From contig JBBDRP010000002.1 in assembly GCA_040905385.1 (NCBI GenBank), positions 85,337 to 149,336 of the forward strand: DNA of 64,000 nucleotides. The letters are read 5' to 3'. The notes under the pieces were generated by a model. That model worked only from the letters and a program-made list of their open reading frames with translations, was not told the DNA's origin and did not search any database. The position numbers and the translations under genes are program-made. Positions 47,763-57,901 of the stretch are shown piece by piece. How positions within the stretch are numbered: position 1 is the first letter of the stretch; every line of letters starts with the position of its first letter. This DNA comes from Minisyncoccota bacterium. GTDB lineage: Bacteria; Patescibacteriota; Minisyncoccia; Phycocordibacterales; SW-6-46-9.

Positions 47763-50700
47763 ATGAATCCAGATAAATCAAAAATACAGAATCAACCCCC
47801 AGAAGTTATGAACCCTCCTATTGACGAGCGAGAGAGAGGTATGAATAATATGAGGAATAACATTGAAAGAAGAGAAAGGGTGCGTGAAGGTCTGGAAGAT
47901 ATAGGAGAGCTTTCTGAAGAAATCAAGCGGCTTGCAGATGAGGTTAATGAAGCTGATAAAATTATCATCAAAGAAGGTATACCATCAATCCGGAAGGCCG
48001 ATAATACGGAGTGGAAGTTCGAGATTGATAAAGAGGTGGTAGATAAAGATTCACCAGAAGCTACACCTGAGCCTAAGGAGGAACGTGATCAGGGGAAGTC
48101 GAAAGATAATCAGGAAACCGTTGATGCTGAGTCATCCGAAGGCCAGAAAGAAGAGCAAGTATATGAAAATCACCCAGAGGAAGAGGAAGTGGAGGTAGTG
48201 GCTTCACCAGATTCAGAAAAAACAGAAGCCGAGTTAGGAGATACAGAGAAAGAATCCCAACCAGAGCAGCCGAAAAAGCCAGTGACGCTAAGAAATGAAG
48301 TGGAAGCCAATCCAAAAAAGGAGTATGGAGACTTTGATCGCCTTAAAGTGGCCGAGATGCTCCGTGACGGTGCGTCAGACGAGGAAATCTGGCAGGCTTC
48401 CAAGGAGCACGGCTTCTTCTTTAAATTCGATGGCTCCAGCTATTACTTAGGTGATAACGATAAGTGGCGACATCGTAGTGCAGAAGGAAATACGCACACT
48501 AATATAGAAGAGGAAGAAGAAGCTAAAGAAAAAGTACTAAATGAACTTGACAAGTACCGCCAGATGGAAGACTGGTTCGGTAGCTACGAGGATGCGTTTG
48601 TTGCTGCTAATGCATTATATGTTAATGAGATACCCCAAAATAAGACAGACTTACTGAATAAAATGGGGCAGATTTCAGCATCATGGGAGGATATCAAGAA
48701 AGATAATAAAGATATTCGCGAGCTGGTAGCGTCAGCTTTGGGTACACCCGATGATCAGATGGCTGAAAATATTAATACAAATGATGAGAATTTATCAGAT
48801 AAAAAAGATAACATTAAAAAAGATAACATGAGCCCAGAAAAATCAGGTGTACCTAAGGATCAGGAGAGAGAGGATGTGAAACGCCCCGAGGACTCAGCAG
48901 CAGAAACTCCTGAAAATCAAGAATCAACCGAGGGAATTAAGGAGGGAGATCTTGTTCGATATTTAGACGATGGCGGAAGCAAAGTGAAGGAAGCTGTACG
49001 AGTTACAGACACAAAAGTCGAAGATGGTAAAACCTTCATTTCGTTTGATGGCGGGAAAAAATATTATCAGTTTGCCGAGTATGCCGATGATCCAAACAGT
49101 GGACTAAATAAAATCTATTCGGAATCAAATGAAGAAGAGGCTGAAAATTCAACTGAAGATCGAAAATCTGCGGAGGGAATTAAGGCAGGTGATAAGGTTC
49201 ATTGGAAGAATCATCTCGGTGAGAGGAGTGGTGAAAAAATTGTGGCCGAAATCAAGGGATCGGGTGAGGATGCCATGGTCTTCTTCGAAGACGACAGTCG
49301 TGGGTATCCAATCAGTGAAGTTTATCCAGTCGATAATGAGAAGACTGAAGAATCAGATATCGTGCCGGATGCAGAAAATGCTACTCAGGAGGAAGTAGAA
49401 AGTAATGAAGTACTTAGTAAGTTCGAATCTCGCTTTGGTATCTCTACTGAGGCACTTGAAAGTATTGATGGCTTTCCTCAGGGTAAAGCAGAGCAGCGGT
49501 GGATCCTAGAAAATCTTACGCAGCTGACAATGGGAATGATTGAGTCTGAGGGAGAAAAACGTCGTGAGAAAGCGCTTGATGCCAGTATTCCGGATGAGTG
49601 GAAATCGGATGCTGGTGGTCGGTTAAAAAACTTTTTCAATAAAGTAAAAATAGGATTTACAAAACTTCAAGAAGGAGTGGAAACGAAAAATCACACTGTC
49701 TCATTTAAGCAGCAAATTTTAGAAGAGATAGAAAATGGTGGAATTAAAGAACATGGCTCCACTATAAAAGAGCTCATAAATAGTCTGAACGAGTCTGACT
49801 TTGGTGTAAAAATTAATGAAGAAACAGATGAGCTCGAGTATGATTTTGTTTCGATGCCAGAAGCTGCTACTGAAGCCCAAGCGGAAGTAATTCAAAATTA
49901 CAATGAAGTTGCTACCAAGATGGCTAATACGCCGCGAGAATGGCAGTATGACTCCGCTACTAAATCACAACGAAAGCAGTATGAGGGGGCCAAAGCTGAT
50001 TACGATGAGGCTCGCAAAGAGCTAGCCACGTTAAAGCTTGATCATGGCGAATTAAAAGGTGACGATCTAGCAGTAGCTCAGTACCTCAATGAAAAAGACT
50101 TTGGAGTAGAGATGAATCAGCTGCTTAATACCAATCCAGAGCTGGGTGAAGAGATTGAAGATATTAGCAATCAGTCGGTGTGGTGGCAAACAATTAAAGG
50201 CGGATTCAACCAAAAGAATGCCGTAAATGCCTTGATTGGTGTTGGTGGTGCTGCTACTCGCTGGGCAACTGCTAGCGCAACCTTTGGTATAGGAGCTGTT
50301 GCTTCTGGTGCTGCTGTCGGATCCTTGCGCGGGAAGCTTGAAGCCGGGCGAAAAATACGCCAAAAAGAAAAAGATGCTCGTTACGGCGGTATTGACAATA
50401 TTCCCGGAATTGAAGATCTGACCACGGTTCGTGATCAAATTACTGCCACTGAAGAAGAAATCGCTGCTACTGATGATGATAAGCAGGTAGCAGTGCTTAA
50501 AGAGAGACGTAGAGAATTGCTAGAAAAACGCGACGAGCTTGTACAGAGAAAAGATATCAGGCAGAAGTTGTACGAAGCTGGCGCGATTGTTAACGCCGGT
50601 GATCTGATTGAGAAACTTGAGCGTGATATTAGTTTGGTTGAGGATTCTGATCCAGAATCAAACCAGCGAGAAAATCGTCTGGGATCTCTGGATGCTCGTG

Positions 50701-52868
50701 TACAGTATGTGGTTAATAAACTGGATCAGGGGATTGTGAACTTTGGTGCAAATTCAGCTGATATCGCTTCTGCCAAGATGAACTTAATGAAGCTTCTGTC
50801 TCAGGCCGAGGTAACTACCGAAACATATGGTGATGAATGGGGGGCGAAAGTATTTGATGAGTGGGTGGAACGTGTTGATCTTAAAAATCAAGAAGAAATT
50901 GAACAGGCTCGAAAAGCATTTACTCGAAAAGAGATGGCCAAGGCTGCCGGGGTTAGTGCAGCCTTCTTTGGTACAGGTTACGGATTACGGTGGGCAGGTG
51001 AGACGTTAGGATGGTGGGGGGGAGATTCAGTAGAGATTCTAGCTGACAGCCCAGAAATATCTGAAGGCCCACCTGGGGGGCAGGTACCGGACTCAACTGT
51101 CGAAGCTAGTCCTCTTAGTCCAGCTGCGGCTGATTCAGCAGATGCGGATACGACTGGCGCAAACCCATTTGTGCCAGATCTAGAAACCGCTCCAGCTGAA
51201 AGTACATCTACTGATACGTCTAGTCTCGAAGAGATTAACTTCCCTGATGCAGATTCTACTGCGGTAGACTCAACTACTGCCGACAGTGTCAGTACAGAAG
51301 CGACCGCGCAAGAAGAAAATCCACTCGAGAGTAACCTGGAAACTGCCGCCGCAGATTCAACAAATGTTGATACAACAGAAGCATCTGAGTCAGTAGCCGC
51401 GTCAGCAGCAGCCGAGACAGATGTCAATCCCGAAGTCATCGGTGTCCGAGAGGTCGTAATCGATGAACAGGGCGAGGGCATGATCCACGCTATCGCTGAT
51501 AAGCTCGAGGATGACTTTGATCTTCCGCGTGACAAGGCGATGCGGATTGGAAATGAGATGTACATCAAGGGCGAGCAGGCAGGTGAAGATTCTGTCGAAA
51601 GAATGTACAACCTGATTGGTCGAGACGCCAGCTTCTCGCTTGATTTTGGTGACCTGACGGCCGAAGACCTCGAGGGTGAGTCGGTCGAAGACCTGGCCGA
51701 GCGCATCAATTTTAGCAATGAAAGCGTTGATTCCGACCTCAAGGAGTTTGATTTACCAAAGCAGGAATCAGCTGCCGCAGGCGCTTCTGACAGCTCAGAT
51801 AACCCTTATTATGGAGAGAAAAACCCGATCGACACCAAGGATATTGATTCAGTCACTATCAATGAAGCCAACCAACAGGCCTGGGATAAGCAGATGGATG
51901 AGTCTGGTGTCATTAGGGGCGACGATCTTCCTGAAGGGGCACGTGAAGACGCAGATATGGGGCGTGCTCCGGCTCCGGAACGAGTTGATATCGGTATTGA
52001 TAAACTAAAGGCGGCCGTAGCTGAATCTGATGTGCGAGACCAAATTTATGCCGATCTCGACCAGCGGGTAAATGCCGCTCGGATGAATCCACAAGCCTTG
52101 TCTGAAGGTATGCGTGTTTCTGATCTGGCTGCCCTCCGTGATTATATGCAGGCAAATCCCGACCAGAATCTCATAGTTTCGATTGACGCCATGCGCGAAG
52201 GTGATCGGCGCATGCTGCGAACGCTTGATTTACTTATCGAGTCCAAGGCCAATGAGCCCGGAAGTGTGCTGGAAAAAGTCGACCGCTACATCTCAACCGG
52301 TATTGGTGACATGACCATCGAAGCTGATGCAGCACCTGAATCCGTACAAACTCCAGATGAAGGAGGGGATATTGATGCGGTCCGTAAGGAGATGGAGGAG
52401 GCCGGAACACCAATTGATGAAGAGCCCGAAATTGAGGTAAGAACGTCAGCCGCGGCAGTTAGTGATGGGCTAGAGGCACTGAAAACTGAAGTTGATCAGA
52501 TTCCGTCAGATAAGCTGCAGGCAATGGCAACACACATGTCAGCGCAAGCCTACGTTGAGCCAGAGTTCATCAACGTTCCATCCGAACGACTAGAGGCACT
52601 GGAAAATTACCTTGAAGAAAATGCGACGCGTTCTACTTCAGGAATGATTCAGAAAATGAGCGAAGAATCTCCAGAAACAATTACAGCTTTTGAACGAGTG
52701 ATGAATCTGGATGACAGTGGTGACATTGTTGATCGTAAGTCATTGCGACCGGTGTATAAGATGACTCAAAAGCTGATCAGCAACCTAACCGAAGAAAATT
52801 TCCCAGGCGGTATTCCGGAGTATGCACGTGAAAGCCTTGAGGCCAGCCGATCTGCAACCCAGGCCTAA
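47763..52868 (+). CDS. Giant acidic protein with Gly/Ala-rich hydrophobic segments, coiled coils and internal repeats
   Basis: Uninterrupted 1701-aa ORF, co-oriented and closely spaced with its neighbours. Confidence 0.8.
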   Translation: MNPDKSKIQNQPPEVMNPPIDERERGMNNMRNNIERRERVREGLEDIGELSEEIKRLADEVNEADKIIIKEGIPSIRKADNTEWKFEIDKEVVDKDSPEATPEPKEERDQGKSKDNQETVDAESSEGQKEEQVYENHPEEEEVEVVASPDSEKTEAELGDTEKESQPEQPKKPVTLRNEVEANPKKEYGDFDRLKVAEMLRDGASDEEIWQASKEHGFFFKFDGSSYYLGDNDKWRHRSAEGNTHTNIEEEEEAKEKVLNELDKYRQMEDWFGSYEDAFVAANALYVNEIPQNKTDLLNKMGQISASWEDIKKDNKDIRELVASALGTPDDQMAENINTNDENLSDKKDNIKKDNMSPEKSGVPKDQEREDVKRPEDSAAETPENQESTEGIKEGDLVRYLDDGGSKVKEAVRVTDTKVEDGKTFISFDGGKKYYQFAEYADDPNSGLNKIYSESNEEEAENSTEDRKSAEGIKAGDKVHWKNHLGERSGEKIVAEIKGSGEDAMVFFEDDSRGYPISEVYPVDNEKTEESDIVPDAENATQEEVESNEVLSKFESRFGISTEALESIDGFPQGKAEQRWILENLTQLTMGMIESEGEKRREKALDASIPDEWKSDAGGRLKNFFNKVKIGFTKLQEGVETKNHTVSFKQQILEEIENGGIKEHGSTIKELINSLNESDFGVKINEETDELEYDFVSMPEAATEAQAEVIQNYNEVATKMANTPREWQYDSATKSQRKQYEGAKADYDEARKELATLKLDHGELKGDDLAVAQYLNEKDFGVEMNQLLNTNPELGEEIEDISNQSVWWQTIKGGFNQKNAVNALIGVGGAATRWATASATFGIGAVASGAAVGSLRGKLEAGRKIRQKEKDARYGGIDNIPGIEDLTTVRDQITATEEEIAATDDDKQVAVLKERRRELLEKRDELVQRKDIRQKLYEAGAIVNAGDLIEKLERDISLVEDSDPESNQRENRLGSLDARVQYVVNKLDQGIVNFGANSADIASAKMNLMKLLSQAEVTTETYGDEWGAKVFDEWVERVDLKNQEEIEQARKAFTRKEMAKAAGVSAAFFGTGYGLRWAGETLGWWGGDSVEILADSPEISEGPPGGQVPDSTVEASPLSPAAADSADADTTGANPFVPDLETAPAESTSTDTSSLEEINFPDADSTAVDSTTADSVSTEATAQEENPLESNLETAAADSTNVDTTEASESVAASAAAETDVNPEVIGVREVVIDEQGEGMIHAIADKLEDDFDLPRDKAMRIGNEMYIKGEQAGEDSVERMYNLIGRDASFSLDFGDLTAEDLEGESVEDLAERINFSNESVDSDLKEFDLPKQESAAAGASDSSDNPYYGEKNPIDTKDIDSVTINEANQQAWDKQMDESGVIRGDDLPEGAREDADMGRAPAPERVDIGIDKLKAAVAESDVRDQIYADLDQRVNAARMNPQALSEGMRVSDLAALRDYMQANPDQNLIVSIDAMREGDRRMLRTLDLLIESKANEPGSVLEKVDRYISTGIGDMTIEADAAPESVQTPDEGGDIDAVRKEMEEAGTPIDEEPEIEVRTSAAAVSDGLEALKTEVDQIPSDKLQAMATHMSAQAYVEPEFINVPSERLEALENYLEENATRSTSGMIQKMSEESPETITAFERVMNLDDSGDIVDRKSLRPVYKMTQKLISNLTEENFPGGIPEYARESLEASRSATQA

Positions 52869-52894
52869 GAGTCATATAGTTCTTTTATCTTTAT

Positions 52895-55669
52895 ATGCAG
52901 CAGACTACAAGAGAAAAACTAGCTCATAATCTTGCTTCACCCGAGGAGGAGATTTCACATCTTCGCCAGGAGATTCACGCTCGTCACGCCGAGGCTGGTC
53001 ATGCCTCACCAGAGGCAGCGGCTGAGCATTCTGCTGAGTCTGCTGCCCAGATGGAGCGAGAGGTAGTGCGCGAGTACGCTGACGGTGAAGACAAGCAAAC
53101 CCTGTCTCCGGAGTATCGGATGGGTGACCAGCAGGCCGAGGAGATTGTGCTGGATCTGAAGCCAGAAGCCCATGACAAGCAAATGGACGAACTTCTTGGA
53201 ATCATGGCCGAGGAGGGGCTTAAAAACACTTTGCGTATTGTGCGGGATCTCGATGATCCACATCTTGAAGATGACTTTCATCGCATTCTTATTCAGTACG
53301 TAAAGGAGGGGTATCCGCTCGACGGCGTCAAGGAAGGCACACCCCGTTTCAAGGCGCTGCATCGACGACTGTTCGAGGTAGTGCTCACCGCCGAGGATGA
53401 AGACGAGAAGGAGCGCGACATCCGCGAGCTCATCTCGGCTACAGAGCAGTTTTATGCCGGAATTCTTTCGCTTAGTAATCAGGGAAAACCAGGTGATTTC
53501 ACGATCTCAATCGAGGTGGCGGTTGAGCACTCCAGTGAGCAGGTTAGCTTCTATCTGTCGCTTCCGGATGTCCGAGCTGATATGTTCGAGAAACAGCTTC
53601 TGTCATTGTTCCCAAATGCGGTCGTTCGGGAAACCGAAGATGACTACAACATCTTCAATCACGACGGCGTATCTGTTGGCTCTCGAGCCCAGGCAGACAA
53701 TCGCAGTATATTTCCGCTAAAAACATATGATGACTTCAATCATGATTCGCTAAATGTATTGTTGAATGCGTTCTCAAAGCTAGAGCGTGAAGGGGAGGGG
53801 GCAGCTGCACAGATTATTCTTCAGCCGGCCGGTGATACGTACTACAAAAAGTACACCAAAGCCATCGAGGCCATAGAGGATGGCGAGAATCTTTCCGAAG
53901 CAATAAATGTCAGCCCGACCTTTCTTGATCAGGCCTGGGGTACCGCCAAGGATTTTTTTGGTACGAAAAAGAAAAAAGATGAAGAGGAAGAGTTTTCTGG
54001 TCTCGGCCAGCGTGAGCAGGATGCGATCGAGCGAATTCAGGAGAAAACCGACTCACCAATCCATCGCACTAATATTCGTCTGGTTAGCTCGGCCAACTCT
54101 CGTTCCCGAGCTGAAAAGATTTTGTTTGATCTCGAGTCAGCCTTTAGCCAGTTTTCTGAGCCGCATGGCAACAGTCTCTCCTTCAAGCGAGTAAAGGAGA
54201 AGTATTACGGCAGCTTCTTTCATCAGTACGTTTTTCGCCTGTTTGATAAATCCTACTTGCTGCCGCTAAACATAAAGGAGCTAACCTCATTGGTGCACTT
54301 CCCGGTGCGAGATCTCGATGATTCCCGAGAGCTCAAGCAGGGCAAATCTGCCTCGGCTCCGCCACCTCTGGACATCCCAGAATCAGGCCTACTACTAGGC
54401 GTAAATAAGTATCGTGGAAATGACACGGATATCTACCTAACGGAAAAAGATCGCATGCGTCATTTTTACGCTATCGGCCAGACCGGTACCGGTAAAACGA
54501 CACTGTTGCAGAACATGATCGCGCAGGATATTCAGGAGGGCCGTGGCTGCTGCTTCATCGACCCACACGGTGATGTTATCAATGATCTGCTTGCCGTAGT
54601 TCCTCCAGAGCGATTTAAGGATGTTATCTACTTTGACCCGGCGCATACGGCGCGACCAATGGGGCTAAACATGCTCGAGTACAATACTGATTACCCCGAG
54701 CAGAAGACATTTGTGGTCAACGAGATGCTGTCGATTTTCAGCAAACTTTTTGATATGCAGGCCACTGGTGGTCCGATGTTCGAGCAGTACTTTCGCAACG
54801 CTACCATGCTGGTACTTGAGGATCCTTCCACGGGCTCAACGCTACTGGAGATTTCACGCGTGCTGGCTGACAAGGACTTTCGCGACCGTAAGCTGTCAAA
54901 CTCCAATAACCCGATCGTAAATCAGTTTTGGCGCGAGGTGGCCGGTAAGGCTGGTGGGGAGGCCAGTTTGGAAAATATTGTGCCGTACATCACCTCAAAG
55001 TTTGATAACTTTCTTTCAAATGAGATTATGCGGCCAATTATTGCTCAACAGGAGTCCAGCTTCAACTTCCGCCAGGTGATGGACGAGGAAAAGATCCTGC
55101 TGGTAAACCTCTCAAAGGGGCGGCTGGGAGATCTGAATGCTAATCTACTTGGCTTGATTCTGGTAGGCAAGATTCTGATGTCAGCCCTCAGTCGGGTGGA
55201 TATTCCAGCTTCGAAGCGCAAGCCGTTCTATCTCTATATGGATGAGTTTCAGAACATTGCCACCGACTCAATCGCTACCATTCTTTCCGAGGCTCGAAAA
55301 TACCAGCTATCCCTGAATGTCGTGCATCAGTACATCGACCAGCTGCAGGACAGCATTCGCGATGCGGTGTTTGGAAACGTTGGTTCTATGGCAGCCTACC
55401 GTGTTAGCTCCAAAGACGCCGAGGTGCTATCAGAAATGTACGCGCCCGTTTTCTCTCAGCGGGATATTATGAATGTCGACAATTACAACTACTTTGCCAA
55501 GATTCTGGCGGATGGTCAGCCAGTCAAGCCATTTTCCGTCAGCGCGCTGCCGCCAACAGAAGGGAACACGGGGCAGGTCGAGAAACTGAAAAAGATCTCT
55601 TATCTCAAGTACGGCCGTGACCGCAAGAAGGTCGAGAAAGAAATTATGGAGAAGTATAAAAACCTCTAA
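52895..55669 (+). CDS. VirD4/TraG/TrwB-like (HerA/FtsK superfamily) ATPase with a long N-terminal domain
   Basis: RHFYAIGQTGTGKT Walker A, FIDPHGD, LYMDEFQN Walker B, SEARKY, HQY..QL, AVFGNVG. Confidence 0.88.
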   Translation: MQQTTREKLAHNLASPEEEISHLRQEIHARHAEAGHASPEAAAEHSAESAAQMEREVVREYADGEDKQTLSPEYRMGDQQAEEIVLDLKPEAHDKQMDELLGIMAEEGLKNTLRIVRDLDDPHLEDDFHRILIQYVKEGYPLDGVKEGTPRFKALHRRLFEVVLTAEDEDEKERDIRELISATEQFYAGILSLSNQGKPGDFTISIEVAVEHSSEQVSFYLSLPDVRADMFEKQLLSLFPNAVVRETEDDYNIFNHDGVSVGSRAQADNRSIFPLKTYDDFNHDSLNVLLNAFSKLEREGEGAAAQIILQPAGDTYYKKYTKAIEAIEDGENLSEAINVSPTFLDQAWGTAKDFFGTKKKKDEEEEFSGLGQREQDAIERIQEKTDSPIHRTNIRLVSSANSRSRAEKILFDLESAFSQFSEPHGNSLSFKRVKEKYYGSFFHQYVFRLFDKSYLLPLNIKELTSLVHFPVRDLDDSRELKQGKSASAPPPLDIPESGLLLGVNKYRGNDTDIYLTEKDRMRHFYAIGQTGTGKTTLLQNMIAQDIQEGRGCCFIDPHGDVINDLLAVVPPERFKDVIYFDPAHTARPMGLNMLEYNTDYPEQKTFVVNEMLSIFSKLFDMQATGGPMFEQYFRNATMLVLEDPSTGSTLLEISRVLADKDFRDRKLSNSNNPIVNQFWREVAGKAGGEASLENIVPYITSKFDNFLSNEIMRPIIAQQESSFNFRQVMDEEKILLVNLSKGRLGDLNANLLGLILVGKILMSALSRVDIPASKRKPFYLYMDEFQNIATDSIATILSEARKYQLSLNVVHQYIDQLQDSIRDAVFGNVGSMAAYRVSSKDAEVLSEMYAPVFSQRDIMNVDNYNYFAKILADGQPVKPFSVSALPPTEGNTGQVEKLKKISYLKYGRDRKKVEKEIMEKYKNL

Positions 55670-55739
55670 ACCACTACGCCGGAAGAAGTATTTTTGATAC
55701 GATGTACCCGCTTAATAAAGAATAATTAATACGATATAT

Positions 55740-56345
55740 ATGACGCATTTTAAGGAAGAACGAACACTGGTAATCATCAAGCCTGACGGTGTGCAGCGCT
55801 CACTGATTGGTGAGATTATCAAGCGCTTCGAGCGTGTTGGTCTCAAGCTGGCTGCACTGAACTTCACAGTCCCTGAGCCAGACCTGGTTGAAAAGCATTA
55901 CCTGCTTGACCCCAACTGGAAGCGGATTGTCGGCGAGAAGGCGATCGAGTCGTACGAGAAAAATGGCGAGACACCGCCGTCTGATGACCCCGAAGAGCTT
56001 GGTGAGAAGGTCTTGACCGGACTGAAGAAGTACATGAGCTCTGGTCCGGTAGTGGTGATGTGCTGGAAGGGGGCGCACGCTGTAAAGCTGGTGCGTAAAC
56101 TGGTGGGTGGCACCGAGCCACTATCATCAGATGTTGGTACCATTCGCGGTGATTTCGTGCTTGATTCCTACAAGATGTCTGACACTGACGGCCGTTCTGT
56201 ACGTAATCTGATTCACGCCTCTGGCTCGGTAGAGGAAGCCAAGCAGGAGATCGAGCTCTGGCTATCAGAGGACGACATTGTTGATTACCAACTGGTGCAG
56301 GAGAAGATTCTTTACGACATAAACCTCGACGGAATTCTCGAGTAA
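55740..56345 (+). CDS. ndk: Nucleoside diphosphate kinase
   Basis: ERTLVIIKPDGVQR, GTIRGDF, NLIHAS. Carries a roughly 35-aa insertion. Confidence 0.95.
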   Translation: MTHFKEERTLVIIKPDGVQRSLIGEIIKRFERVGLKLAALNFTVPEPDLVEKHYLLDPNWKRIVGEKAIESYEKNGETPPSDDPEELGEKVLTGLKKYMSSGPVVVMCWKGAHAVKLVRKLVGGTEPLSSDVGTIRGDFVLDSYKMSDTDGRSVRNLIHASGSVEEAKQEIELWLSEDDIVDYQLVQEKILYDINLDGILE

Positions 56346-56471
56346 TGACGCGTCTTAAAATGTCGCCAGTTGCAGGGTTGATCGAATCCGCCTTTTTGAC
56401 GAGGTGTCAAGATGTATATCTATCGGCTTCTCCGCTTGCGTACGAGGCTATTTCTGGCGTACAATAACTAC

Positions 56472-56646
56472 TGAGGCCATTCAACGAAACGAGTCCTCAT
56501 TTATGACACAAGGGAGCCTTACATCGGGTAGACGTGCTGATTCGTTCAGACGTTTACTGCCAAAAATACGGCCGCAAAGATTCCACTCTTTGTCACTGCG
56601 GGCACCCACTTGGAAAATTCGTGGTCTGGTTTCCCCGATGGTCTCA
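56472..56646 (+). ncRNA. ssrS: Probable 6S RNA
   Basis: Promoter TTGCGT-N18-TACAAT. Closing stem TGAGGCCAT/ATGGTCTCA plus GAAAC/GTTTC, a central bubble, then CAAGGGAGCC/GGCACCCACTTG. About 175 nt, followed by a terminator. Confidence 0.65.
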
Positions 56647-56654
56647 CAAAAGAG

Positions 56655-56682
56655 TGTCTCCGCATACAGGAGGCATTTTTTT
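56655..56682 (+). terminator. Rho-independent terminator
   Basis: TGTCTCC/GGAGGCA hairpin plus T7. Confidence 0.7.
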
Positions 56683-56689
56683 ATTTTAT

Positions 56690-57151
56690 ATGCGTACTAA
56701 AATTACAATAATAACCTCATTACTAGCAGCAGTTTTGCTGGTCATTGTGCATAATTTGGCTCTTAGTCAAAGCTGGTACTTTCTGTATCCAGATATAGAT
56801 ATCCCTATTCATATTATTGGCGGCTTCTCTATTGGCCTGCTTACGTATGCCATTATGGTGAAAGGAATCACATCCAACCATGGCAACTACGTTAACTCAT
56901 CACAATTCTGGGATCTCTACGTCATTGTCTTCGGTACTCTATTAGTAAGTATTATTTGGGAACTCCTAGAACTATTATTTTATTTAACCAATGATGCTGG
57001 ACTCAGCCAGGAGACACTGTCCGACATTATCTTTGGGGTAGTAGGATCTTTTATTGCCTGGCAATTTATTCAGCTTCTCCCAGCAGATAGAGATTTGGAT
57101 GCGGATAAAAAAATCCCCCACCAAAGGGGCGAGGGAGGAAGAGGGAACTAA
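56690..57151 (+). CDS. Membrane protein with D..H / WE..E / D motifs
   Basis: DIPIHIIGG, WELLE, ETLSDI. Paralogue of 12407-12808. Start at ATG 56690. Confidence 0.6.
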   Translation: MRTKITIITSLLAAVLLVIVHNLALSQSWYFLYPDIDIPIHIIGGFSIGLLTYAIMVKGITSNHGNYVNSSQFWDLYVIVFGTLLVSIIWELLELLFYLTNDAGLSQETLSDIIFGVVGSFIAWQFIQLLPADRDLDADKKIPHQRGEGGRGN

Positions 57152-57159
57152 CGTTTTCC

Positions 57160-57504
57160 TTATACAACCGACTTTACAACAGCAGTAAAGGCCTCTGGCT
57201 GCTCCTTTGCTAGTCCGGCCAGTGTTTTGCGATCAAGCTCAACCTCACCTTCCTTGAGTAGTTTGATGAAACGAGAGTAAGAGATGTCGTGCCCTTTGAG
57301 ACCAGCGCTGATGACAATCTGCCACTGTCGGCGCATATCACCCTTCTTTCGCTTGCGGTGCTTGTAGGCGTTTCGTCCAGCATGTGTCAGCGCCTCCTTG
57401 GCACTACGCTTGTGTGATTTCTGCCGTCCACGATATCCCTTCGTCTTTTTCAAGACATTTTTTCGCTTCTGGGTTTTATTTTTACCTCGTTTAACTCGTG
57501 CCAT
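57160..57504 (-). CDS. rplT: 50S ribosomal protein L20
   Basis: MARVKRG, KGYRG, SYSRFI, LDRK.LA.LA. Confidence 0.98.
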   Translation of the reverse strand: MARVKRGKNKTQKRKNVLKKTKGYRGRQKSHKRSAKEALTHAGRNAYKHRKRKKGDMRRQWQIVISAGLKGHDISYSRFIKLLKEGEVELDRKTLAGLAKEQPEAFTAVVKSVV

Positions 57505-57542
57505 ATAGATTAATTACTTACTTGTAATAATACGTAAAATGA

Positions 57543-57737
57543 TTAGGATTCGTGTGGTAGGAAGCGAGACTTATCACTCTGCTTCAACTTGAAGTCTAGC
57601 TGTCGACGTCGTTTGTGCTTTTTCTCACCAGGTTCCTTCGCATTGAAGTGGTTTTTTCCAGCACGACGAGACTTCACCTTTTTATTTTTGGTGATCTTCA
57701 GTCGCTTCTTAAATGATTTGTTAGTCTTTTTAGACAT
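57543..57737 (-). CDS. rpmI: 50S ribosomal protein L35
   Basis: KTNKS..KRLKIT; lies between infC and rplT. Confidence 0.93.
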   Translation of the reverse strand: MSKKTNKSFKKRLKITKNKKVKSRRAGKNHFNAKEPGEKKHKRRRQLDFKLKQSDKSRFLPHES

Positions 57738-57901
57738 GGTAGGTGATTTCTTTACGTTTCACCCTTCGTAGCCTTGTGCGAAGAAGGGTAGGTCTTTTTT
57801 GATATAGTGGTTGAATTCTTTACTGGTTCGTATTGAGCGAAAATTTATTTTCGCAACCTTTGGCAACTTATCTGTGCCTCCACAAAAGCCGGGTGCGAAC
57901 G

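Noticed and set aside
52895-55669. Conjugative element or ICE
   Set aside because: No relaxase, integrase, VirB4 or att sites, and the flanks are housekeeping genes.
56471-56496. Hammerhead ribozyme (CTGAGG...CGAAAC...GTC)
   Set aside because: The core is not CUGANGA and the stems do not fit. The segment pairs better as the 6S-like closing stem.
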